From contig MU054212.1 of assembly GCA_013239625.1 (NCBI GenBank), positions 3,100,001 to 3,164,000 of the forward strand: 64,000 nucleotides of DNA. The letters are read 5' to 3'. The position numbers and the translations under genes are program-made. Source of the DNA: Lama guanicoe (lineage: Eukaryota). The notes under the pieces were generated by a model. The model worked only from the letters and a program-made list of their open reading frames with translations, was not told where the DNA came from and did no database searches. Positions 52,696-64,000 of the stretch are shown here, in pieces; positions within the stretch are counted from its first letter, which is position 1, and every line of letters starts with the position of its first letter.

Positions 52696-53170
52696 TTTAT
52701 TCTCTAGAACATAACCTATCTTTGAAGTGGTATATTCGTTTTCAAAAAAGCATTCCCAAGCCGAATAATTAGACTGAAAACAAAAGCTATTCTTTGAGTA
52801 TATTTCCCACATAAAGCCATGCACGTGATGCTTTGATTCAAATAATGAATGCTCTTACAAAACTTTGTTATCGTTTGAGGTCTATATGCAGACTAGCAAC
52901 TTTTGTTTTTGATGATCATTCCATCCTGAAACAAGTTCCCGCACCTCCACCCCCCATTAAACCAGAATTAGGAGCACATTTCTATCCAATGGGGCTTAAA
53001 CTTCTCCACCGCCTGCTTCAGAAGTGAAGACCTCTAGTGGTTATGTTCATTTTGTCTCTGCAAAGAGAGCTCAAAAGAAGACACAATCAATTTCCTGAAG
53101 TTTTTCTGGAACAGGAAGGTTGCCTTTGTTGCTTTGATCTTAGCATGTTGTGCTTTTTTTTTTTTTTATT
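52696..53170 (-). terminator. Candidate CHST9 poly(A) signals (AATAAA at 53170-53165 and 52701-52696)
   Basis: Two minus-strand hexamers 0.6 and 1.1 kb after the stop; the first abuts a genomic A-run; which is used is unknown. Confidence 0.35.
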
Positions 53171-53769
53171 GGCTGCTGAGTATTAAAAGCCACAGCCTCA
53201 TCTGGTTTTTCTGCTATATTCTCATATTATAAATCATATGATGCCTTCCAATCTAAAGTAAAATGCTCAGGTCCAAAATACCATTTTGAAATTTGTTTAT
53301 CATTATAGCTGATAGAAAGATTTCCAAGGGTCTAAGAAAGCCATCCGATATTTGATTCATATGCCACAAACTGCTAACAGTATCTCCATGCACTTCAGAC
53401 AACACAGCCCAGAATGGAGACACACGCTCATGCTATTTCAGAACCCCCTTCCTAGCACTGCACGAGGCTGCTGTGGCTCACGTAGCAACTGGCTAGGTTA
53501 CTGCTTCTATAATATAATTCGTACCGCAAAAGCGGCTCTTTTCCAAACATTTTAGAGCAACTGAAGTTGTTTGCATGTCTCCGTTAGGTAATTTTCCTAT
53601 AACTTTGTGCCAAATTGGTTTCATACTATTTGGTAGAAATCGTCATTAAATCAAGACAACTGCACTTGGTTGAATTTCTCTCATACAGAGAATTATAGGA
53701 AAATTACAGCTAGCTGATTTCAGGCCCTCATCACGACGTAAGTACAGGATGTTAGAAAATGAATGCAAC

Positions 53770-54861
53770 CTACAAAAACGGAGTTGTATAATTAAACATC
53801 AAGTAGTCCAAGGAATAAAAGTCATAGATTAATTGTCTCTCAGTTCTAGTCAGATCCTTTAAATACTGTCTCACCACCTGAGCATTGGTTCTTCTATCAG
53901 AAGCGTGTCGATCCTTAAAGTTGGGAAATTTCAGCTCTTTCGGAGCTCCGATCAGCTGTAAAAAGTAATTGGCATCTTCTTCCAAAGTTTCAAATTTCCC
54001 GACAAAATCATAGCTGATCAAACACGGATAGCAGAGTTTGCTGACCTTTTCCCAGTGGATGTCCATGCCTACTGGACGGTGCGAATCCAGCAAATAGTGA
54101 ATGAACTCTTTGAATTTGACTCCAGAGCCATTATTTAATGCCTCCTCACAGGCATTCGGCCGGTATTTCTTTATGATTGCCTTCCCAAACACAGGATGGT
54201 AGTAACTATTGGGGTGTTCAAATTTGTCCCTAAATGCTGACACCAACCTTTCCATGGGATCACGAACAAACACAGCTTTGATGTAGGTGTTTAAACGAGT
54301 ATGAATCCCTTTTAAGTCAAAGCTGTCGAGCTTTTTCAAATGCTTCCCATAGTGAACAGCATCATGAGAGATGTTGTCCGCAGAGGGAGCCAAGCCACTG
54401 AGTACCATTAGAACTCTCTTCCAGTTGGAACAGCCAGCTTTCGGCACTTCACAATATAAGATTTTGTGTTTGTCTTCCACATAGATCCTGGATACCATGT
54501 GAAAAAGATGTGACTGAGGGCGACTCACCCCGCCATATTTCTTGCAAAATTCCTGAAGGAAAGACCGGCGTTTTTCTTGAGTTGCATCAGCTCTCTTCCA
54601 TTTGCCATCACTGACTAAGCTTTTGTTTAAAGGGCGAACATCCATTGGCCACTTCATTTCGCTGAACTTCCTGAAAAGGGTATTAGTCCCTTGATGTCTT
54701 TCAGTCAACTTAACTGTTGGTGACCCTGTGGTCCTACCCAAGGCTCGTGCCTCACCTTGTGGGTGGCTGGTCTCTGTTAAGACCCGAGTGGGCTTCTCAG
54801 AGTGGAGTAGGAGATTTTCTGTTTTCTCCTTGCGATCCCTGGGCATGTGGGACTTGGGGTT
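53770..54861 (-). CDS. CHST9: Carbohydrate (N-acetylgalactosamine 4-O) sulfotransferase 9, terminal catalytic exon
   Basis: Acceptor ttttaacag|AAC CCC AAG TCC CAC ATG; 363 codons + TAG; PAPS-binding motifs [11 protein letters not shown] (5'-PSB) and [11 protein letters not shown] (3'-PB); C-terminus [11 protein letters not shown]; known synteny with AQP4. Confidence 0.95.
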   Translation of the reverse strand, partial: NPKSHMPRDRKEKTENLLLHSEKPTRVLTETSHPQGEARALGRTTGSPTVKLTERHQGTNTLFRKFSEMKWPMDVRPLNKSLVSDGKWKRADATQEKRRSFLQEFCKKYGGVSRPQSHLFHMVSRIYVEDKHKILYCEVPKAGCSNWKRVLMVLSGLAPSADNISHDAVHYGKHLKKLDSFDLKGIHTRLNTYIKAVFVRDPMERLVSAFRDKFEHPNSYYHPVFGKAIIKKYRPNACEEALNNGSGVKFKEFIHYLLDSHRPVGMDIHWEKVSKLCYPCLISYDFVGKFETLEEDANYFLQLIGAPKELKFPNFKDRHASDRRTNAQVVRQYLKDLTRTERQLIYDFYSLDYLMFNYTTPFL

Positions 54862-57299
54862 CTGTTAAAATACAGAAGGAGAGATGTTGAAGGCACATTT
54901 ACAAATGTGGGTATATTGATAAGGAACTTAACATACTTGTTTTAAAATGCTATCTGTAGATCGACTATACTTAGAAACAGAAAAAGAATGTTATTGAGGA
55001 GAGTACATTTCATGTAAGCTGCCAGAACAAATTAGCAAAGCATGTGGAATATACATTTTGCAGTAAGCATCTTCACAGAAAACGTAACGATGAAAGATGG
55101 AATCCATGCATTGTTTTGAATCAAAGCTTCACATTTTACATTACATATATTTGGGTTACTATTACGCTATTCATTTAATGTTAACATGATGCATTACATT
55201 AATGGATTTTTCTCATACTAAATTATCTGAACATTATTGGGATAAAACTACCAGTTACTGCTTTGAATCTATGAGCACAGTGAGTTTGCTATTGTTTTTG
55301 TATTGTCTTTGCATCCGTAGCAATCAATTACATAATCTTACAAAATGCCAAAAAAAAAAAAAATTCACAAGGTGGAAAGGAAAAGGAATCTTCTATCTTA
55401 GCTTTGCCTATAATGCAATAGAATGTAACGCCATCATTCTGTAGGTCAGTGATTCTTCAGCTATTAAGAAGTGTGTTACTTAGTGCATTTGAATGTAGAT
55501 ACAAAAAGTAGCTGCATTTGGACTGAAATTTTTGTTGTTTTGGGGAGGCATTCTGTAATGTCCAGAACAGTTCCATGTTGTAAATTACAACTTAAAATTG
55601 AAGCAAGGCCAATTTAAAATTCTAATGACCACTTCAAGTTTCCAAGCACTTGCAAAATGTAATAGATTTATCTGTTTCCCTTAGAAAGCGTTTTATTTTT
55701 CTAAGCTCATTTATCACAGTCGTTTCATAACTATAGTCATACTATCATATAATTTCATTCACGTACAAGACCATCCCTCGTTCCTAAGTGAAGAATGACT
55801 AAGGAGTCCAGAAAGGTCTCCTTGATGTCCTGCTAAATAAAACTGCCCAACGCAGGATGAGAATTTAGTTCTCTTGTCAGTGGGATGAATCACCTGATTT
55901 ATCATCGGCTCTCTATCTGACTACATCCTTTCCACAATTCTACTGTCTATAGCAATTGCTCTCAAATATTTGTTACATGAAAGAATGCATGTATGAACGG
56001 AATTAAGTCTTCAAGGATGATTAGGAATTTTCTGGCAAATTGAGCAAAAGAGCACTGTGTGTGGGAGGCACCTCCAGGCATCATGGTCCTCCCACCAGGT
56101 GAGTTTTAAGGAGCAGTGCTTCTTCCTAGTGGAAGAAGATTGTGTAACCCCTGATCACCGCGGACCAACTGGCACAGCCCCACCAAACAGCTGCCTACGT
56201 CCTTCACTCCACTGAGCCAACTCTTTGGGGTTTCAACTCTAAAACCATTGGTCTGCTGTCTTCTCAGAGACTGCCAGGAGGACTCTGAAGCCTCGAATCC
56301 CTCTTTACTCTGATCAACAACTTGTCGCCCAGAAAGTGTTCACTTGTCATATGAAATTTGACTTGAGGTTTGACAGATCACGGGGGTTACTGCTAGACTG
56401 TGTGGGAAGTGCTTAGCACAGTCCTGAAATCAAACTGCTGCCGTATTTCTGCTGCTGTTTCTTCAACAACTACAGCTAGAAAAAACGCTTGCGATTATCA
56501 TTGTCTAGTCCTAGTAGTTGCTGCAACAGCACTTCATCCCAGTGACCTAGTGAATCTCGTTTCCCCGGTTGTCCATTATTACCCAGGCTGCAATTTGTGT
56601 TTCTACATATGACCCTACTGATCATCTCCCTGCCTCGTTAATAAAAACAAAAACAAAAACAGCCTTCCACTGTGTGCCCTCTGGACCTTCCGCTTGCGGT
56701 CATCAAACTCCCCTTTAATCTTCTGGAATGGACTTCTGGAATGTTTGTTTCCCATGACTTTCTCTGACGAAACCTGGTTGGCCCCAGAGACTCTGCTTCC
56801 CTTGCACTTTTTCGAGCAGATGAAGCTTCACTTTTTTCCCAACCACGTGACCCTCAGGCCAGAAGACAGGGAGCTGTTTCCTGGGACCTCATCATCGCGG
56901 CTTCCAGGACCCGCCCCCAGCAAAACCGCCTGCCTCCCTGCCGCACATGCGCACAGGCGTCCTGCTCAGCCTCCCTTTCCCTCCCCTCCTGCTGCCACCT
57001 GCCTTTTCCCCCGATCCTTCTGCTTGATGCACTGAAGACTTTAGCTCCCGGCTCAGACTCCTGGTCTCCACTCTTGTCCTTATGTGTTGTGACTGCTCCT
57101 TGACCACCTCGCCTCTCATAGAAGTGTCCTCTGTGTTGCACAGACCTGGCCATCACCAGAGCCTGCCCCACCTCCATCATCCCCATGACCCTCCTCGTCT
57201 CACCTCCGGTTCATCGTTACTCCCAGTTTTGCACTTTTCTGACCACTTTTCATCACTGTTATTCAGGCTTTTGAATAACAGCCAGCATGCCTAAGGGCT

Positions 57300-57580
57300 C
57301 TCAGAAAGTCACCTCTGTGGGGAGGCGGTCCCTGTCCACCTTGCCTAAATCACTTTCCCCTCTGAGATGTTCTCCCACTGAGCCCTGCTTATTTTTCTCA
57401 CAGCACTTAGCACAATATGAGATGATTGTATTTACTTCTACGTTGTCGGTTTCCACCCCTCTTCTACCTCTCTTGCACTAGAATATGCCTGCAGACGTCT
57501 GATCCTTCTTGTTCTTTGTAGAATCTCTGGTACCTCGCACGGTGCCTGACACGTAGAAGATGACCAAGAAATGACTACTG
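57300..57580 (+). mobile_element. LINE-2 3' fragment
   Basis: CCCTGCTTATTTTTCTCACAGCACTTA...CTAGAATATG...CACGGTGCCTGACACGTAG. Confidence 0.6.
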
Positions 57581-60500
57581 AAGGAGGCAATGTGATTATA
57601 ACTTAATGATGGGCTTCTGACCAATTGTTTTATGACCTTGTCGAAGAAAAACAGTGCTAATCAGAAGGTGAAAGTTAACTTAAGATGAATCACTGACCGA
57701 TTCCTGGTAAGGTGCTGAATATCTGTATTCAAACAAACCTTTGGCAGGAGGGAAGACAAATCAAACAGGCACATGTAGAGCTGCTCGTGCTAAAGAAGGC
57801 TGGAGGGCGGGGATCCTTGCCTGCCTGCCGGAGCAGATTGGTTCAGTCCCTCCATGCCACCTGGGAACCCCAGGAGGCTTGCCAGCAACCTGGACTCCTA
57901 GGCCTCACTGTGGACACCCCAAAAAAGGATCTCTGGGGATGGGGCTCCTAACTCTAATTGAGACAAGCTCCCCAAGCAGTAATGGCATTTGGGGTCCACC
58001 GAACTGGAGCATGGCAAAAGAAAGTAAAAAAAAAAAAAAAAAAAAAAAAAGTTCTTATTTCTCTTATTGCCCAGGAGAGGGAGACACCAAATAGGGTGGA
58101 CGTGAATATTTCAGTAAGCAGAGACGAACGTCAGGTGTCACCTCAGCCCTCACCTGGACCAGAAGAAACACCCTTCACCTTCGTCCACTTCCCTTTGCTG
58201 CAGCTCCCTGCTCCCCAAGCCGCTTTCCAATCACTGGTTTGGCTAGGAGATCACTGCCCGGGGAAGAGTGCATTGCTCATAAATCAGACTTCAATCTCCT
58301 ACTAGTTTACTGAGTGCTCATCTGTTTCCTCTACTTTGACCAAATCAAGGTATGGACACAGGCTTAGTTCTAAGTAATGACACCCCCTGAGGCTTCTTGT
58401 TGGTTGGCCGTGAGGCCTTCTCCCGGCAACACCTCATTTCGCCATCATGCACCTTACAGAGCAGTTACCAGGATGTGGCGACATGCCCCGCCTCCCAGCC
58501 CTCCCCTCCACTTCCTTCTAATCGCAGCAAAGGCTTTCCATAACTGAGGGGTTTGCGCTGCTGGTGTTTTAAATTTGAGGTTATACCAACGACCCGCCAT
58601 CACCATCATCATAATAAAAACAGTTCACAATAACAACTAGAGAAAACGCTTACATTTCCATTTTCCTTCAGGCGCTGCGTTCAGATTGTCCCTCAAGCAA
58701 ATGTACAGAAAACCACACATTCTGCTCCTTCCCAAAGGGGCTCCTCCTGCACTCTTATCTATTTCTGGGATGGTTCTGTTACCACTCACAAAATCTGAGA
58801 GGTGCTTCAACAATCAGAAAGTAAACTGGTGACTTCACAGCTCATCAAGTCTCTCGAAAAATCTTTTCTTTTTTATTTATCGTCTCTTAACTGGATATTC
58901 TTTAGTAACCTCCTAACTAGCCTTCCTGAAACTTCCTGCCAAATTAGTCTTCCTAAAACATTTTACTTTTCATCCCCTTAAAATCTGGAACTGGCTCAAC
59001 TACATATAAACTGAAGTCCCGACTCAGCTGGCATTGGCAGCCTGTCACCGCTGGGCCGCGTGTCACTTTGTGTTCTGGGTCCTCTGTTTGCATCTATCAG
59101 CCTCTCAGCATCTCCCACCCACGCCCTCCCCCCTTTCTCGGGACTTCCCAAATCTCCTAAGTTGATATAAAATCCTGCTCTCTCCAGGAAAACCACCCAG
59201 GTCTCCAGCGAGGGATTCCACTCCTTGCTTCCACACTTAGTCTACACCATCTGTAAAGAAAATAACCTTTGTTCCTGCATACACAGTTATTTGATTTTTT
59301 CATTGGAGACACTCTTTCAGCCACAGCTAAATTGTAAACTTTGGCAGAAATCTGTAGTTTTCCATAAGTACCTTTAAAGAGGCATTTCCTAGACAGAGAG
59401 GTAGAGACCATCACAGTCTTGCTGTTGACTGAGTGCCCGCCACGAGCCAGACCCATTGCGCCCACTGCCGCCTCCTGCCACGCCAGTCTTCCACTTTCCA
59501 GAGGAAGAAATGGAGCCTCAAAAACATCATTGTGTTTAAGACACACAGCTGGAGAAAAAGGGCCAATTTATGGGCTCAGTTTTGCTTTTTTCTTTCTTTT
59601 CTGGGCTCAAAGACTTTTCCTGTCCACGTTGCCCCTTGCAGAGCAGAGAAGGGATGCAGGGTCTGGAGGTCAGCACCACTTGGAGAATGATGTGGAGGAG
59701 GAGCCTGTAAATGACACTGTCAGTGACTGGCTCAGGGCACACATCAATGTTTCCTCTTCGAGTCTGAGTTCCTTAAGGGGGCTGGACTCTGCCTTATTCC
59801 TTGTCCAAGAGAAGTCAGGCGCCTCCACGCTAGAGATGTGGTAGGAAGAAGTGTGAAGCCCCCAGAAGCTCTTTGGTGAGATTCAGAATCCAAACGTGTG
59901 GGAACATAACAGTTCATCACTGGCAGCTTTGGGGCTCGGTCTGGACACCCTCTTGAACCATAGGAACAAGTCTGGAGTCTCAATTTCTCCTGAACAGGGC
60001 AGGCAGCCTCCGAAGGCAGGGCATTGGGGTAGGTAAGGGCGCAGCCTGCCTGGGGTCAAGTCCTGACCGTGGGGCAGCTTCTTTGCCTTGCCTGGACTCA
60101 GCCACTTTTTCTGCAAAGTGGGGACACTAGCAGCAATCATCTCAAAGCTGGTGAGGATCAAATGAGTAAATAAAAGCAAAATGCTCTTAAAAGTTTCCGG
60201 TGCATAGTAAGTGATATGATGTGGCCATCCATCCTTCAGGAACAATTTATTTGCTTTCAGCTAAAACGTATTCCTTGCTTTCACGAAACTGAAACACAGC
60301 ACTTACGGTAAAAGTCGCCTATGTGACTTTCATGCTGACTACCGATTTGCGCAGACGATGCCACTTCTGAGTGTCATCAACACTGCAGACGGTCTCTGCT
60401 GTGCGGGGACCTTGGTGAGCAATTAACAGACAAATGTGATGATAATATTGGTAAATAGATGGTGATTTTCCCCCCTTCTTCCTTAGTTTTGACATTTTTT

Positions 60501-61519
60501 CTAGTTTACTTACATAATATTACTTTTAATAATGTACCTTTTGTGATTTATCTTGAATCTAGATGTGAGTGCATTTTCATTTCTTCATATTACCATGAAG
60601 ACCTAGTTATTTCTAGTCGTTAATCAGAGTAATGATGGGAGCGGGTGGGATGCTTGAAAGCCCGTCCTTCTGGGGATACAAATCAGTGTGTCCCTGCCTG
60701 ATGCCTCGGTGCCATGGCTCCTCCTCTCAAATCTTAGGTCAAGGGCTTCAGAGGCTGATCGCTTAGTTAGGAGGGGGGTGAGGACCACAACCGCATTTCC
60801 AGCAGGACACTGGGGACAGGTGGGAAGAGTGTGGGGATACAGTCCTAACACTGTACAGCCCCGCCCATCTCTGCCATCCTCACGCCTCACTCTTCCATCT
60901 TCAGTGACTCGCCCAACAAATGTTTCCTGATTGCTTAGTGTGTCCTGGGCGCTGGGCTGCATGTCGGGAGTGTGGCTACAAGCCAGCCTCTGTCCCTGCT
61001 CTTCAGGGGCAGCCTCAGGGTCAGGGTAGGGGAATGAGATGCAGAAAAAACCAAGCATTACCATACTCACGGCAGGTGCTAAGATGCAGGAAGAAAGCCA
61101 TACTAGGACTGCCTAAGAGAGGGGCGTTTAACCCTGCCTAGGGGGCCAGCGAGGGTTCCCTGGAGAAAGCGTGTCCTGTGCAGAGTCACTTGTTTCCTGT
61201 CTCTGTAACTTGTCCCCACTCGTGAATATTCTTCTCCATCTTGTTTGCCAAATGACAAGGCAGGGGCCTGGGACAAGCCGATTTCCTCACAGTATCACCC
61301 AAAGACGAGACAGGATATGTTCATTGTACAGATAAAGGTCTTGAAGCTCAGTTTACCTAACTCGTCCAGGTTAACACAGCTATTGCCAAATCTGGGCTTC
61401 AAATGTCAGTCTGAGTCATTGGTGGCTTTTTTCAGCTGCATCATCTATCAAGCAATTTATTCATTAAAGCTCATTAAACAAACTGATGTCAGTAAAGCAC
61501 TAAGCACACACCTGTCACA

Positions 61520-61720
61520 AGAAGGCATGACAGTTAAGCACCTAGATTTTTGAATCACACAGACCAGATCTGTGTCCCTGTTCTGTCATTTTCTATCTGG
61601 GTGACCTTGGCTCACCTGCTTTATTTTGCTAAGCTTCAGTTTTCTTGTCTGTAAAATGGGGGTGATAATAACATCTATCTTGCAGGGTAGCTGAATTATA
61701 GGAAATGTGTAGTGCGAAGT
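61520..61720 (+). mobile_element. MIR SINE in CHST9 intron
   Basis: CTGGGTGACCTTGG...CTTCAGTTTTCTTGTCTGTAAAATGGGGGTGATAATA. Confidence 0.75.
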
Positions 61721-62504
61721 ATGTTTTCTACAAGGATTAGTTACTTTTATTGATTTATTTAATAAGTATTATGAGCATCTCATTGTGACAAGCATTTTCT
61801 AGGTGAATATTAGTGTTTTCCTCTGCCTTTTCCATCTCTTCCTCCTCCTCTCGCCCCCAGATACAGTGAAGTGTATGATAAACGCTCACTGGAGACACAT
61901 ATGAGTGGAAGAGAGGAGGATGAACACAACTGGGAGACAGAAACAGGGAAGAAAAAATCAACTGATGCACAGGCAAAAGCAAAGGAAAGGAAACAGAGGA
62001 AAAGAAGCACAATTATAGGTAATGGGACAGAATAACAAACAGTGGGGACGAAAGAAACCAGTGGACCTTAGCCTGCCCCACGCCGCAGTCTTGCAGCCAT
62101 GCAACAGCTTAAACACAAAGCCGCCATTAGGGTAGTGAGGCTATTCAGGTTGATCCAACAGGCTAATTTCCATGGTCCCCTTGGATGCAAGGACTGCACT
62201 TGTGACTTGAGTCCAGTCCTCTAATGCCAACCCAGCAAGCTTCATTTAGCAGAAGACCTTGCTTTTTTAAAGAAACTCAAAATTGTAACGAGGAGTTGTG
62301 CTCAGAAAGTGAAGGACGTTCACTATGTTTGGTCATCGCTGTTTTATCTCTGAGCTCGTGTCTGCACACGTCCAGTGTGGATGAGTGCAAAACGCTGTCA
62401 GTTACATCTGGCATGAAAGACTAGAGAAGGTGGATTATGACTATTAGGGTTTTGATATTTCATTGGAATTTTAGATCTCTAATAGATTTGAAATATAGCT
62501 CTTA

Positions 62505-62992
62505 AAAACTGAAGTATAGTTGACATACACTATCATTGAAGTTATAAACAATATAGTGATTTCACAATTTTTAAGGCTTATGTTCCATGTGTAGCTGTTA
62601 TCAAATATTGGCTATATTCCCCATGTTGTACAAGGAATCCTTGTAGCTTGTTTTATACCTAATAGTTTGTATCTTTTACTCCCTTGCCCTTATCTTGCCC
62701 CTCCCCTCTTCCCTCTCCTCACTGGCAACCACAAATTTGTTCTATCTGTGAGTCTGTTTCTTTTTGGTTATATTCACCAGCTTGTTGTATTTTTTAGATT
62801 TTTACATTTAAGTGGTATACAGTACTTGTCTTTCTCTATCTGACTTATTTCACTTAGCATAATGCCCTCCAAGTCCATCAGTGTTGCTGCAGGTGGCAAA
62901 ATTTCATTCTTTTTGATGGCTAAGTAGTATTTCATTGTACATCCATACCATAGCCTCTTTATCCATTCCTCTGTTGATGGACACGTAGGCTG
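62505..62992 (-). mobile_element. LINE-1 3' end (antisense)
   Basis: TGAAGTATAGTTGA...ATATTGGCTATATTCCC...CTGACTTATTTCACTTAGCATAATGCCCTCCAAGTCCATC...TTTATCCATTC.TCTGTTGATGGACA. Confidence 0.88.
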
Positions 62993-64000
62993 TGAAACAT
63001 AGATAGCTCTTTAGTATCTCCAGGTTTCTGTTTAGTTTTCTAAAAATGAGTATTTGTCAGCCAGCCTCTCCTCCCTTTGCTCTGAAGATGAGTGACAGCA
63101 GTGTGTATATCTGGAGGGGAAACGGAGGAGGGCGCCCTGACTCCAACACCGTGTTGTAGACAGTCCATCCTTGCTCTTGTTTGCCTAGTGGGGTGGGGGA
63201 GAAGGAACCAGCTGCCCAGGGCTGGAATGTCTAAGTGTAAAGTGTTCCTTTTTTGGGGGAGGGGAGTATTGTTACGGACATGGATTCCCAAACAAGACAT
63301 TTTCCAGGCAAGAGGAATGAGTCCATGAGGTGACTGTGGAATTGGGGGCTGACTGGGGTGAACCAGGGGGCTAGGAAACTCAAGGGCCTGTTTCTTCCCC
63401 ATCCATTGCCCACTAGTCCTGAGCTACGTGAGCCCTGGGAACAGCAGTGCCTCCTGGGAGAGCAGCAGTGACACGGACAGGGACACATTCCATTTGTCCT
63501 GTTTGGTTAAGCGTCTGCCAGCCCCAGATCAGGTTCGTCTGTGTCAGCACCTCTGAGGGACACACACGCCCCTCTGGCCGACATCGCCTGCAACATTGAC
63601 AAGTCAGCTTTCCCCAAGGCTGCCTCTCCCCCAAGCCGGGCTCCACCCTCTCCGTCTGAGCAGGGGACTCACTCCTGCGTGTCGCCCTGTGTCACCTGGG
63701 CCGGCACTACGCTAGGAAGAGATGGTGGCCTGTGGCATCAGATTGTGCCTCGGGAAACCTGAGGCCATGCCGAGAGGGGTTCCTTTTCAGGATTTCAGTC
63801 TGAGAAAGAATGCGAAGGAAGAATGTGAGACATAAACTTGCAGCAAAGCGGGACAGAGAGGGGGTCAGACAGAAGACCACTAACAAAGCAAATGCATGAG
63901 CCAATGGGTATTTGTCAGGTCTTATATCTTTGTGCATTAAGATACATTTTATTACTTTTATTTTGCAAATATTATTCCATTAATTATACATATTGAAGCT

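Noticed and set aside
53700..53772. Readthrough at the CHST9 stop
   Set aside because: Context is TAG GTT, not a known readthrough motif
54844..54846. ATG of the 358-aa ORF as the CHST9 start
   Set aside because: Internal Met 15 nt after a splice acceptor; the type II membrane anchor must be encoded in upstream exons outside the window
54900..64000. Further CHST9 coding exons or a nested gene in the intron
   Set aside because: No segment recognisable as CHST9 N-terminal sequence; ORFs such as 59419..59844 and 60624..61070 lack domains and partly overlap old repeats; a very short exon cannot be excluded by eye
1..64000. CRISPR arrays, operons or other prokaryotic systems
   Set aside because: The sequence is clearly mammalian (spliceosomal introns, SINE/LINE content); no regularly spaced repeat-spacer array seen

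Overview
Mammalian genomic DNA, probably a camelid (inferred from tRNA-Ala-derived Vic-1-like SINEs). The window holds the complete five-exon aquaporin-4 gene (AQP4, minus strand, CDS 25293->16249, 323 aa, about 4.2 kb 3' UTR) and the large terminal catalytic exon of carbohydrate sulfotransferase 9 (CHST9, minus strand, 54861->53770; its upstream exons lie beyond the window). The rest is intronic or intergenic DNA rich in old repeats (L1, L2, MIR, MaLR/ERVL, hAT-Charlie, Tigger) with two GC/CpG-rich islands. The most interesting layer is AQP4 translational control, visible directly in the sequence: a 10-codon out-of-frame uORF whose stop overlaps the M1 ATG, a stronger-Kozak M23 start, and a UGA-CUAG readthrough signal followed by an open 28-codon extension (AQP4ex). 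In this animal the extension lacks both RxxS motifs recalled for human. Other points: the exon1/exon2 junction regenerates a consensus 5' splice site, there is a candidate antisense first-exon donor, and an ERVL relic appears to carry an internal inversion. I found no evidence of a wholly new gene system. Repeat family names and cross-species comparisons are from memory and need RepeatMasker/alignment confirmation; repeat boundaries are approximate.
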